A stretch of DNA of 51,138 nucleotides from a virus. Shown here piece by piece: positions 24,620-32,098 of the stretch (positions within the stretch are counted from its first letter, which is position 1; each line of letters begins with the position of its first letter). The notes beneath the pieces were generated by a model that was given only the letters and a program-made list of their open reading frames with translations, did no database searches and was not told the DNA's origin. Location: IMG/VR virus record IMGVR_UViG_3300002054_000001, positions 1 through 51,138 of that record; one strand, 5' to 3'. The translations under genes and the position numbers were made by a program.

Positions 24620-24979
24620 ATGATGCAAGGGCAACAACAACAGAAACCGCTAGGCGAAATGAGTCGCAAAGAGGCCATCCGAGAGGCAATGCGCCTACAG
24701 CAGCAACTCACTCAGTTCTTCATGGAGAAGAACAGCAAGAAGGCGGTGGAGGAAGCGATCAAGGTAACGATGAACGGCATGTTTTTCGGAACAAACATCG
24801 ACCTAGAGAAGCTCTCAAACGAAGTAGTCATCAACGTCGCAGAGAAGGCGTTTGTGGCAAACGTCCGTATCACGGAACTGGTAGAGGCTGACTTCAAAGC
24901 AAAGGAAGCAGCAGCTATCAAGCGAGCAGAAGAAGCTCGGATAGCGCAGGAGAAAGCTAACAAAGATAAGGAAGAATAG
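24620..24979 (+). CDS. hypothetical helical protein (119 aa)
   Basis: ORF preceded by an AT-rich stretch with several -10-like hexamers. Confidence 0.6.
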   Translation: MMQGQQQQKPLGEMSRKEAIREAMRLQQQLTQFFMEKNSKKAVEEAIKVTMNGMFFGTNIDLEKLSNEVVINVAEKAFVANVRITELVEADFKAKEAAAIKRAEEARIAQEKANKDKEE

Positions 24980-24981
24980 TT

Positions 24982-25350
24982 ATGGAACTACTAAGCACAC
25001 TCGTAGACTTTATCTACAAAGCGGTACTAGCGTTTGCAGTTTGGCACGTTGGTGAGTACATCATCACACGGATCATGCCATACACAATGAGACTGCCGCA
25101 GATCATTCGTAAGCAGCAGATCATCTTCTTCGGACTTCGTGCAGTGACAGTCTATGTCATCCTGTACATTCTAGGGTTTGATCTTAGTGGAGCAATCGCA
25201 ATGGTGGCAAGCCTAGTTGGGCTTTTGATCCTGCTCACATGGGCTGGAGTAATGCTAGGGTTTGCGATCTCACACTCAGGTCAGAACATGATAATCACCT
25301 ACGCAAAGAGGATCGAAGAAATGATAGTCGGACTTTTTACTAGGAGATAG
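24982..25350 (+). CDS. polytopic membrane protein (122 aa)
   Basis: Three to four hydrophobic segments. Confidence 0.6.
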   Translation: MELLSTLVDFIYKAVLAFAVWHVGEYIITRIMPYTMRLPQIIRKQQIIFFGLRAVTVYVILYILGFDLSGAIAMVASLVGLLILLTWAGVMLGFAISHSGQNMIITYAKRIEEMIVGLFTRR

Positions 25351-25503
25351 TACCCAAGTCGATAGATCGACCTGCCATCACTGAGATTGACGGATCAGAA
25401 GATCAGTGAGCGTATCGGTGGGAAGCTAAGTCGGCAAAGCGTAGGACAAAAATCAGAGTGACGACGATTGTAACAAATCTATGCATCCCACTGGGATATA
25501 AAT

Positions 25504-25911
25504 ATGAAGAAACGAAACAGAGAAGCAAAATGGAAGCGGTGGCGTAAGGCTCGAAACAAGCACTACAAAGAATATGGACACCTACCAGGTGGGTACAAAT
25601 GTTCTAAGGAGTCACCAGAGCCGATGAACACTGGGATCTGCTACGAGGATCTATGCACAGACCAGAGCCAGAGCAAGCCGTGTCCTCCTGGATTGATGTA
25701 TAAAGCACCGAAGGATGAGGCTGAGAGGGAGCGTATCAAGAATATCGTAGAGTCGCACAAGAACGGCGGCATCCTGCTCAGGACGAGAGGTATGGGAAGG
25801 ACTATGCCAATGAGCCACTACGAGAAGCTCAGTATGTACGACCGCTTCAAGAGAGATATGAGGGCCATGCAAAAAGCAGTATTCGATAAGCTCGACCAAG
25901 ATATATTTTGA
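25504..25911 (+). CDS. hypothetical basic protein (135 aa)
   Basis: ORF. Confidence 0.6.
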   Translation: MKKRNREAKWKRWRKARNKHYKEYGHLPGGYKCSKESPEPMNTGICYEDLCTDQSQSKPCPPGLMYKAPKDEAERERIKNIVESHKNGGILLRTRGMGRTMPMSHYEKLSMYDRFKRDMRAMQKAVFDKLDQDIF

Positions 25912-25954
25912 ACAGTTCATCGTCTACTCATGGAGAAATCTACGTAAGATCTGT

Positions 25955-26098
25955 ATGTGGAGGACAAACAACAATGCAGCATATACGCAGGGTATAGTAG
26001 ACGAGCTGATACGGCATAGAGTACCGCCGCCATTTATAATCAGCTACCGAGCCTGGGATGACTACCTAGAGGTAACACACTACAAAGAAAAACTATGA
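25955..26098 (+). CDS. small hypothetical protein (47 aa); not in the track
   Basis: ATGA coupling to gene 26095. Confidence 0.35.
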   Translation: MWRTNNNAAYTQGIVDELIRHRVPPPFIISYRAWDDYLEVTHYKEKL

Positions 26099-26445
26099 AA
26101 TGTAAGTGGATACTACATTATGAAACCGTCCAATGCCAGCCATTGCAGAGCCTATCAGGCTGTGTGAAGGTGGCGATGGACAAGAAATGGCAGCCTTTTG
26201 GGTCGCCATATTTCAATAAAGAGACAGGAAACCTAGAGCAAGCAGTGGTCATCTACTGCTACAAGAAGGACTGTGAGGATCACACTCATTCATTCATACA
26301 CACAAATCAGGACAATCAGATCGAGGGAGCGCCTGTGGTCAGTGATGTAGAGACAGAGGAGAAACCCACCAACCCAGACTTCTCAAAGGATGCAGCGCTT
26401 GTACCAGAGGAGCTAGAGGAAGGAAAGGAGGATAGCAAAACATGA
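26095..26445 (+). CDS. hypothetical protein (116 aa)
   Basis: ORF. Confidence 0.6.
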   Translation: MKCKWILHYETVQCQPLQSLSGCVKVAMDKKWQPFGSPYFNKETGNLEQAVVIYCYKKDCEDHTHSFIHTNQDNQIEGAPVVSDVETEEKPTNPDFSKDAALVPEELEEGKEDSKT

Positions 26446-26546
26446 CAGACGACGACGCAATCATGATCGCTATAGGACTCATTCTGTTCATGGGAATGTC
26501 AGGTGCGGTCATAGCAATCATTATATATTTTTTATTTGTAGAGTAG
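26442..26546 (+). CDS. 34-aa single-TM micropeptide; not in the track
   Basis: ATGA coupling. MTDDDAIMIAIGLILFMGMSGAVIAIIIYFLFVE. Resembles the micropeptide at 27449. Confidence 0.4.
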   Translation: MTDDDAIMIAIGLILFMGMSGAVIAIIIYFLFVE

Positions 26547-26547
26547 T

Positions 26548-26796
26548 ATGGACATCGTAAAAGAAGCACAGCAGTTATTCAAGAAGGTTTTTCGCAAAGG
26601 GCCAGTCTTCACACAGGAAGATATGCAAGAGGAACTAAGAGCAATCTACATCAAGGGAGCGGTCGATGCGCTGGAGCGTTGTAAGCAGGACATGAAGCGC
26701 AGACACTTTGAAATGGATCGGCAAGACCAAGATGTGATGCAGCTATCAATAGAGATCATTGAAATAGCTCAGTCACAAGCGTTATCAGTAGAATAA
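26548..26796 (+). CDS. hypothetical protein (82 aa)
   Basis: ORF. Confidence 0.6.
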   Translation: MDIVKEAQQLFKKVFRKGPVFTQEDMQEELRAIYIKGAVDALERCKQDMKRRHFEMDRQDQDVMQLSIEIIEIAQSQALSVE

Positions 26797-26801
26797 GCAA
26801 C

Positions 26802-27452
26802 ATGACTAAAGATAAGATCAGACTAGAGGCGATGCGCAGGACGAAAGTCAGGCACTCATTCGTCTACCCAGGAACACCAGGATCGGCTCGCAGAGCGCAG
26901 AACCAAGACAACATGCAGCGCTCAATGGATGAATCAATCATGGAGATCACTATCGAGACAGTGCTAGTAGAGATGGAGAAGGTTGTGGATAAACTTACCA
27001 TCAGCGATGAGGATAAAAAGATCATACACTTTGCCAATAGCAGGCTCAGGAGTCGCCTAGCCACGATATTTCATCCAAAGGAAGCAAAGATCGGAGTGCA
27101 GGAGACGAACATCCAACAGATCGCAGATGAGAGGTTTGACAACTCTATCGAGCTATCGAAGAAGATCCTACATGATCTACTGGATGACAAAACTGGATCG
27201 CCAGCGATGGCAGACTTCATCCACCAGGCAAAAGTCCATATCGCAACACTGGAAAGTGAGAAGGACGACTTTATTCAAGCGCTAGAGGAAGAAGATAAGC
27301 TACTCAGAGAGCGGACAAACAACTTCTTCAAGCGCAATGGAGTAAAGTCAGAAAAAAAGACGTTCATGGGAATGGAGCTAGTCGAAGATCCTAGCATGAA
27401 CCCTGGAGAGTGGGAGATGAGGCAAGGTAAGCCAAATACAACAACAACATGA
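26802..27452 (+). CDS. hypothetical helical protein (216 aa)
   Basis: ORF. Confidence 0.6.
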   Translation: MTKDKIRLEAMRRTKVRHSFVYPGTPGSARRAQNQDNMQRSMDESIMEITIETVLVEMEKVVDKLTISDEDKKIIHFANSRLRSRLATIFHPKEAKIGVQETNIQQIADERFDNSIELSKKILHDLLDDKTGSPAMADFIHQAKVHIATLESEKDDFIQALEEEDKLLRERTNNFFKRNGVKSEKKTFMGMELVEDPSMNPGEWEMRQGKPNTTTT

Positions 27453-27553
27453 GCGAAGACGCAATTTTCATGGTAGTCATACTCATAGCGTTCATAGCGT
27501 TTTGGGGTGAGCCAGACATCGTAGACGGAGTAATCAAAAAACTAAACAGCTAG
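27449..27553 (+). CDS. 34-aa single-TM micropeptide; not in the track
   Basis: ATGA coupling. MSEDAIFMVVILIAFIAFWGEPDIVDGVIKKLNS. Confidence 0.4.
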   Translation: MSEDAIFMVVILIAFIAFWGEPDIVDGVIKKLNS

Positions 27554-27554
27554 T

Positions 27555-27761
27555 ATGACAAGAGGAGAACTACACGAGGCAAAAATGATGGCTGAGGAAC
27601 TGGTATGGAACATGCCGCTAAACACTGTGATAGAGCAGGAAGAAGCAGATGCAATCCAAGCATTGATCGGAAAGGCCAGATACCTAGACATCATCGACTA
27701 CAGAACAAGGGACATCACGCCAGAGCAGGCAGTGGAAATCGTAAAAAACATGAGGAAATAG
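27555..27761 (+). CDS. hypothetical protein (68 aa)
   Basis: ORF. Confidence 0.55.
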   Translation: MTRGELHEAKMMAEELVWNMPLNTVIEQEEADAIQALIGKARYLDIIDYRTRDITPEQAVEIVKNMRK

Positions 27762-27762
27762 C

Positions 27763-28173
27763 ATGAGTGTCACACAAGAAGCAAGAAGATACTGTGACGT
27801 ATGCGGTAGATACATTTCTACCCATGCAAATATGCAGGAAGCTCAGAAGCATCGAGTGATACGCAGAGTCTATATCCCAGAGTTCGAGGAGAAGAATAGT
27901 AACATACTAGAGAGGACATTCAGGCCAGTAAAGGTCGCAGAGATCGAAGCTGATAGAAGGTACGCAGAGGAGAAGGGAGAGTACAAAGAACCACTCAGGT
28001 CGCTGGATCTTCACCTATGCAACACCGTATGTCGAAAGCTATCCTATAAGTGGGTAATAGAGAGGATCAAGCAGAAGTCAGATCAGGGAGGTGAGGAGTA
28101 TAAGTACCGCTTCATTCAGGAGATCCCATGTGAGGCGGCAGGACTACATTTTTCAGAACTAGGGAAGGAATAG
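27763..28173 (+). CDS. hypothetical protein with an N-terminal CxxC (136 aa)
   Basis: ORF. Confidence 0.6.
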   Translation: MSVTQEARRYCDVCGRYISTHANMQEAQKHRVIRRVYIPEFEEKNSNILERTFRPVKVAEIEADRRYAEEKGEYKEPLRSLDLHLCNTVCRKLSYKWVIERIKQKSDQGGEEYKYRFIQEIPCEAAGLHFSELGKE

Positions 28174-29108
28174 TGTACAATGAGGGAAAACGTAATACCA
28201 AAGCAATGACTAGCGAAAGTAAGGCAAAACCTAATACTACGGCACAGAAGGGAATAGTTGTCGATAGTAAAACGGTAAAAAAACCAGAAAAAGATAAAGG
28301 TGGTAGGCCGAAAGGTGCGCTAGGGAAGAAGACGAAGGAGGAGAAGGTAGCCCTAGAGCTGATGAAGGATAAGATCAGACGCAGTACCGATCCACTGGTG
28401 ACAGCTATGCTAGACAAGGCTATGGGTGAGAAGTTCTTGATCGTGATCGAGACTAAGCGCTACAAAGATGACAATGGGAAGTGGCAGAAGAAGCAGCTCG
28501 CTCCTAAGGTGGTAGATGATGTAGAAGTCATCATGGAGTTCTTGGGAAATGGTCAGCAGCAGTTTGATACTGATAAGGAGTACCACTACATGACAACAAA
28601 GCCAGCAGACGTACATGCAATGAAGCTCGCTTTTGCATACGGCTATGGCAATCCAAAGAATACGACCGATGTGAACGTAAACACCTTCTCTCTCTCAGAA
28701 GTAATCCATCGTACCGTCCTGGAGATTGATGATGATGACTATGGTGCGCTAGAGCAATTTGTAAATGACGAACAAAAGAAAAAGATCAATTTTTATAAGC
28801 GGACACGGCAAAACAAGACTAGAGCAGAGATTGAAGCTGAGGCCAGGGAAGCAGATGTATCAGAGAGTGGAGGAAGTGCTGAGGAAGGGAAGACCGATGA
28901 ACCTACGGAAGATCGAGATGGAGGAGTGGCATCAGGAAGCACCGACCCACGCCTTCAAGTACAAGAAGAACGTGTACATCTTCAAGAAGGCGAAACACCT
29001 GGAGGATCAGACAATCAAGGTGTTCATACTGGTGACAGTGTACCCAGAGAAGAAGGTGACGAGGTTCAACCACAAAGACCCACACAAGAGGAAGCAAAAG
29101 AAGGGTAA
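28173..29108 (+). CDS. basic DNA-binding-like protein, possible small terminase. The 3' third (from about 28800) is doubtful as coding.
   Basis: KGGRPKGALGKKTKE near the N-terminus (GTG 28173 or ATG 28206). After about residue 200 the translation becomes a featureless acidic/Gly tail and overlaps a better-looking ORF in another frame. Confidence 0.45.
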   Translation: MYNEGKRNTKAMTSESKAKPNTTAQKGIVVDSKTVKKPEKDKGGRPKGALGKKTKEEKVALELMKDKIRRSTDPLVTAMLDKAMGEKFLIVIETKRYKDDNGKWQKKQLAPKVVDDVEVIMEFLGNGQQQFDTDKEYHYMTTKPADVHAMKLAFAYGYGNPKNTTDVNVNTFSLSEVIHRTVLEIDDDDYGALEQFVNDEQKKKINFYKRTRQNKTRAEIEAEAREADVSESGGSAEEGKTDEPTEDRDGGVASGSTDPRLQVQEERVHLQEGETPGGSDNQGVHTGDSVPREEGDEVQPQRPTQEEAKEG

Positions 29109-29139
29109 GGTATCGCTCGGTAAATCACGTAATCAATGA
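28765..29139 (+). CDS. DUF4258-like (RelE/barnase-fold toxin-like) small basic protein, encoded in the +1 frame inside ORF 28173..29108
   Basis: FISGHGKTRLEQR ... VEEVLRKGRP ... IKVFILVTVYPEKK follows the IS.HA..R..ER / V..VL / vvTvY pattern. ATGA coupling to the next gene. Confidence 0.5.
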   Translation: MTNKRKRSIFISGHGKTRLEQRLKLRPGKQMYQRVEEVLRKGRPMNLRKIEMEEWHQEAPTHAFKYKKNVYIFKKAKHLEDQTIKVFILVTVYPEKKVTRFNHKDPHKRKQKKGKVSLGKSRNQ

Positions 29140-29291
29140 CTATGAAATGTTGCAACCAAGCATTATCGGTACAGAAGTACGGTGACACCATCTGCTCAAT
29201 ATGCGGCAGGCTATGGGAGATCAAGAAGGAAGTACCCAAGCGTGAGAGTTGGCACGAGGTAGACTTTGACTACTTAAACGAAAAATCATGA
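29136..29291 (+). CDS. 51-aa zinc-ribbon protein (candidate partner of the 28765 gene); not in the track
   Basis: MTMKCCNQ...ICSICGRLWE. ATGA coupling at both ends. Confidence 0.45.
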   Translation: MTMKCCNQALSVQKYGDTICSICGRLWEIKKEVPKRESWHEVDFDYLNEKS

Positions 29292-29575
29292 ACGACGATC
29301 AAATACTAGCTGCTGGAGGGACGCAGGAGGACATAGAACAGTACGCAAGGGACAATGGTGCTACCTACCCACCAGAAAAGCTCACACAGGACGATCTGGG
29401 ACGCTGGGTGACGTATACAGCAGGGCATGGCGGCACAAATAGGGGCAAGATCAAGACATTCGATAATGAGCTAAAGCTCGCATGGGTCGTATATCACTGT
29501 AATCAAGAGTGGGATGACGACAGGTGGAAGAACTACACCGCAGCAGCAACTAAGTACGAAGACTTAACGCTATGA
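29288..29575 (+). CDS. hypothetical protein (95 aa)
   Basis: ORF. Confidence 0.6.
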   Translation: MNDDQILAAGGTQEDIEQYARDNGATYPPEKLTQDDLGRWVTYTAGHGGTNRGKIKTFDNELKLAWVVYHCNQEWDDDRWKNYTAAATKYEDLTL

Positions 29576-29979
29576 AAAAGTTTGAAGGACTAGCGAAAAT
29601 AGAGGAGTTCAGAGGGCCACCAGACCTCTCAGATCACTGTAGTCAGCCAAATACATGCTTTGGTGACTACAGAACTGTAGAGGCGATCAGACAGGACACA
29701 GCTCGCAGGGAAGATGAGCTGCTCAGTAAGAACCCAGAGCTAATCGCAAAGTACATCACAGGGCCAGCAGAGGAGAGAGTGCAGCGCAGGATCAATGAGG
29801 CGTTTGTTGGCAGGACAATCGTATCTGCTCGGATGCTAGAGGGTAAGGAGTTGCCAGATGTCTATGATGACTCGCAGGTAAACATGGCGATGGAGTTCAC
29901 CTTTGAAGATGGAGGGATCTCTCACGTAGCTCACTGGGACTCAGAGTGGGGTGGGATAGACGTAGAAGTTATAAAATAA
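29572..29979 (+). CDS. hypothetical protein (135 aa)
   Basis: ORF with ATGA coupling. Confidence 0.6.
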   Translation: MKKFEGLAKIEEFRGPPDLSDHCSQPNTCFGDYRTVEAIRQDTARREDELLSKNPELIAKYITGPAEERVQRRINEAFVGRTIVSARMLEGKELPDVYDDSQVNMAMEFTFEDGGISHVAHWDSEWGGIDVEVIK

Positions 29980-29988
29980 ACAAGACAC

Positions 29989-30171
29989 ATGGACGCAATG
30001 ATACAAGCAATAAAAGAAACACTGATGTTCTTTGCAGCGATAGGACTGATAGGAGGCACGATAGGGCTATGGGTGGCAGCAATGGTATTCAACGTATGGC
30101 TAGGGCTAGTTTTCGCAGCGTTGGTGATCCTACTCGTGAACTACATAATCAATAAAGCAGCAGGATGGTAA
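29989..30171 (+). CDS. small membrane protein (60 aa, two TM)
   Basis: Hydrophobic segments FFAAIGLIGGTIGLWVAAMVF and LGLVFAALVILLV. Confidence 0.55.
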   Translation: MDAMIQAIKETLMFFAAIGLIGGTIGLWVAAMVFNVWLGLVFAALVILLVNYIINKAAGW

Positions 30172-30644
30172 ACCTACAATGCAGACTCACGAAAATCATC
30201 GGAGCATCTCAGAGCCAGATAGGCAATGACGAGATCCACTATGAGGTAGTGGAAGCCAAGACTCGCAAAGTAGTAGACAGCAGCTACTCAACAAATGCCT
30301 TCTACATCGTAGAGAACGTCGAGAGCTACTTCATGCTCCCAGAGAAATACCCAGAGGGATACAAGCTAGACTTCATGTTCGATCCTACTCAGTGGGATCT
30401 CACTAGCCAGGTCGGAAGCGTAATGGTATGGCAGTCTCACTACAGCAAGAATAGGCTAGTGAACGACGACAAAAGTGTTATAATAACAGTACAAGATCTA
30501 CTAGGCGCATTGTCCGCAGCACTGGAGAAGAACGGTGACATCGGTCAAGACAGGTGGCACTATCGTGACTTGGATGAAAAGACTAGAGATCAAATACTAA
30601 AAGCACTAGAAGAATACGATAATGAAAGAGGAATTGCTCAGTGA
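30165..30644 (+). CDS. hypothetical protein immediately upstream of the terminase (159 aa)
   Basis: Overlaps terL by 23 nt. Sits in the small-terminase position, but no supporting motif was seen. Confidence 0.55.
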   Translation: MVNLQCRLTKIIGASQSQIGNDEIHYEVVEAKTRKVVDSSYSTNAFYIVENVESYFMLPEKYPEGYKLDFMFDPTQWDLTSQVGSVMVWQSHYSKNRLVNDDKSVIITVQDLLGALSAALEKNGDIGQDRWHYRDLDEKTRDQILKALEEYDNERGIAQ

Positions 30645-32097
30645 ACACAGGTACAAAGACGAGGCGTGGCGTATATCACACTCATACAAGATCCGTGATA
30701 AGAATGGTGATCTTGTAACTTTCAAGCCCAACACAGCGCAGGCTCACTTCTATGCGAACAGGACTCGTAGGAACTTCATACTCAAATCACGACAGCTAGG
30801 CATATCGACTATGTGCGGCATCCTAGAGATGGACAAGGCAATCCACACACCAGGATATACAGCAGGCATCTTCGCTCACTCACTGGAGGACGCTAAGAAG
30901 CTCTTTGATGCAAAGGTGACTATCCCTATCAGAAACCTCCCTGGATACCTATCAGAAGGCGTAGAGCTTGCTCAGGATCAGGATAAGAGCATGAAAATCG
31001 AGCATGAACACAAGGACGACCTAGAGTCTCGTATCTTCGTTTCAGCATCAGCACGTTCAGATACCATCAGCAGCGCTCACATTTCAGAGCTGGAGCGCAT
31101 GGAGGAGAAAGAGTTTGCAAAGGCAAAGGAGGTATTCGAGGGTACGATCGGTGCAGTCCCTATTGATGGGACGATAAACATCGAGTGTACGCCTCGTTTA
31201 TCTGATGGGATCTTCAAGCAGCACTTCATGGCAGCGTGGAACGCAGAGCGAAAGCCAAACTACAATCCAAAAATACACGGCAAGGCGTTCTTTTATAATT
31301 GGAGATGGGACATAGAGGGCATTGCACTTGCGCCAGAGTATCATCCATCAACCTTCCCAGAGGAGATGTTGGAGTATCAGAGGCAGTTCAAGCTCACACA
31401 ACAGGAACTCAACTACTTCTATTTTCACTGGAGTCGTGTCGGTGGTGACTGGAGTACCATGCGCAAGGAGTATCCAACAACAATCGCAGAGGCATTTCAA
31501 GCAAATCGTGTCGGAGCAGCGTTTTCGGATATGATGAGTTTGATGTATAATGAAAACAGAATACGGCATGTCCCTTACGATCCTCAGTATCCTGTGTTTG
31601 CAGTGTTCGACCTCGGTGTAAATGATGCTACATCTATTGTGTGGTTGCAGATCATCTCAAACGAGTACCGAGTCATCGACCACTATAGAAATACACACAA
31701 GCCCATCAAGCACTATATTCAAGTCCTAAACGACAAGATGGCACACAGGAGGCTAGATATGACGTACCTCCCACATGACGCAGAGCAGCATCACATCGCT
31801 ACCAATGAGTCAGTAACAGACTACTTTGACTATGCGCAGATGTCGTATCGAGTCATGCCTCCCTCAAAGGAGAAGGAAAGGGTGCGCAATCTCAGGAAGC
31901 ACGCTCACCACATGGTCATTGACTCAGTGCAGTGTGCAGAGCTGGTGGTATCACTAGGCAAGTGTCACTACCGTAACCCAGACGATAAGAAGATGGTGCA
32001 TGGCATAGAGCAGAATGACTTTGATGCACTATCGCAATCTGTGATGTTTATTGACGACGAAACAACAGCAGACACTAATACACAATCAGTGATGTAG
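30622..32097 (+). CDS. terL: terminase large subunit
   Basis: FKPNTAQAHFY..NFILKSRQLGISTM ATPase N-terminal pattern. Nuclease-half motifs VFAVFDLGVNDATSIVW and YLPHDA. Confidence 0.8.
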   Translation: MKEELLSEHRYKDEAWRISHSYKIRDKNGDLVTFKPNTAQAHFYANRTRRNFILKSRQLGISTMCGILEMDKAIHTPGYTAGIFAHSLEDAKKLFDAKVTIPIRNLPGYLSEGVELAQDQDKSMKIEHEHKDDLESRIFVSASARSDTISSAHISELERMEEKEFAKAKEVFEGTIGAVPIDGTINIECTPRLSDGIFKQHFMAAWNAERKPNYNPKIHGKAFFYNWRWDIEGIALAPEYHPSTFPEEMLEYQRQFKLTQQELNYFYFHWSRVGGDWSTMRKEYPTTIAEAFQANRVGAAFSDMMSLMYNENRIRHVPYDPQYPVFAVFDLGVNDATSIVWLQIISNEYRVIDHYRNTHKPIKHYIQVLNDKMAHRRLDMTYLPHDAEQHHIATNESVTDYFDYAQMSYRVMPPSKEKERVRNLRKHAHHMVIDSVQCAELVVSLGKCHYRNPDDKKMVHGIEQNDFDALSQSVMFIDDETTADTNTQSVM

Positions 32098-32098
32098 T

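Noticed and set aside
28800-29108. The acidic/Gly-rich C-terminal 100 aa of the 311-aa ORF as a genuine disordered domain.
   Set aside because: Not fully rejected, but judged less likely than the +1-frame gene. The alternate frame has a domain-like sequence and is the one translationally coupled to downstream genes. An open off-frame is expected in purine-rich DNA.
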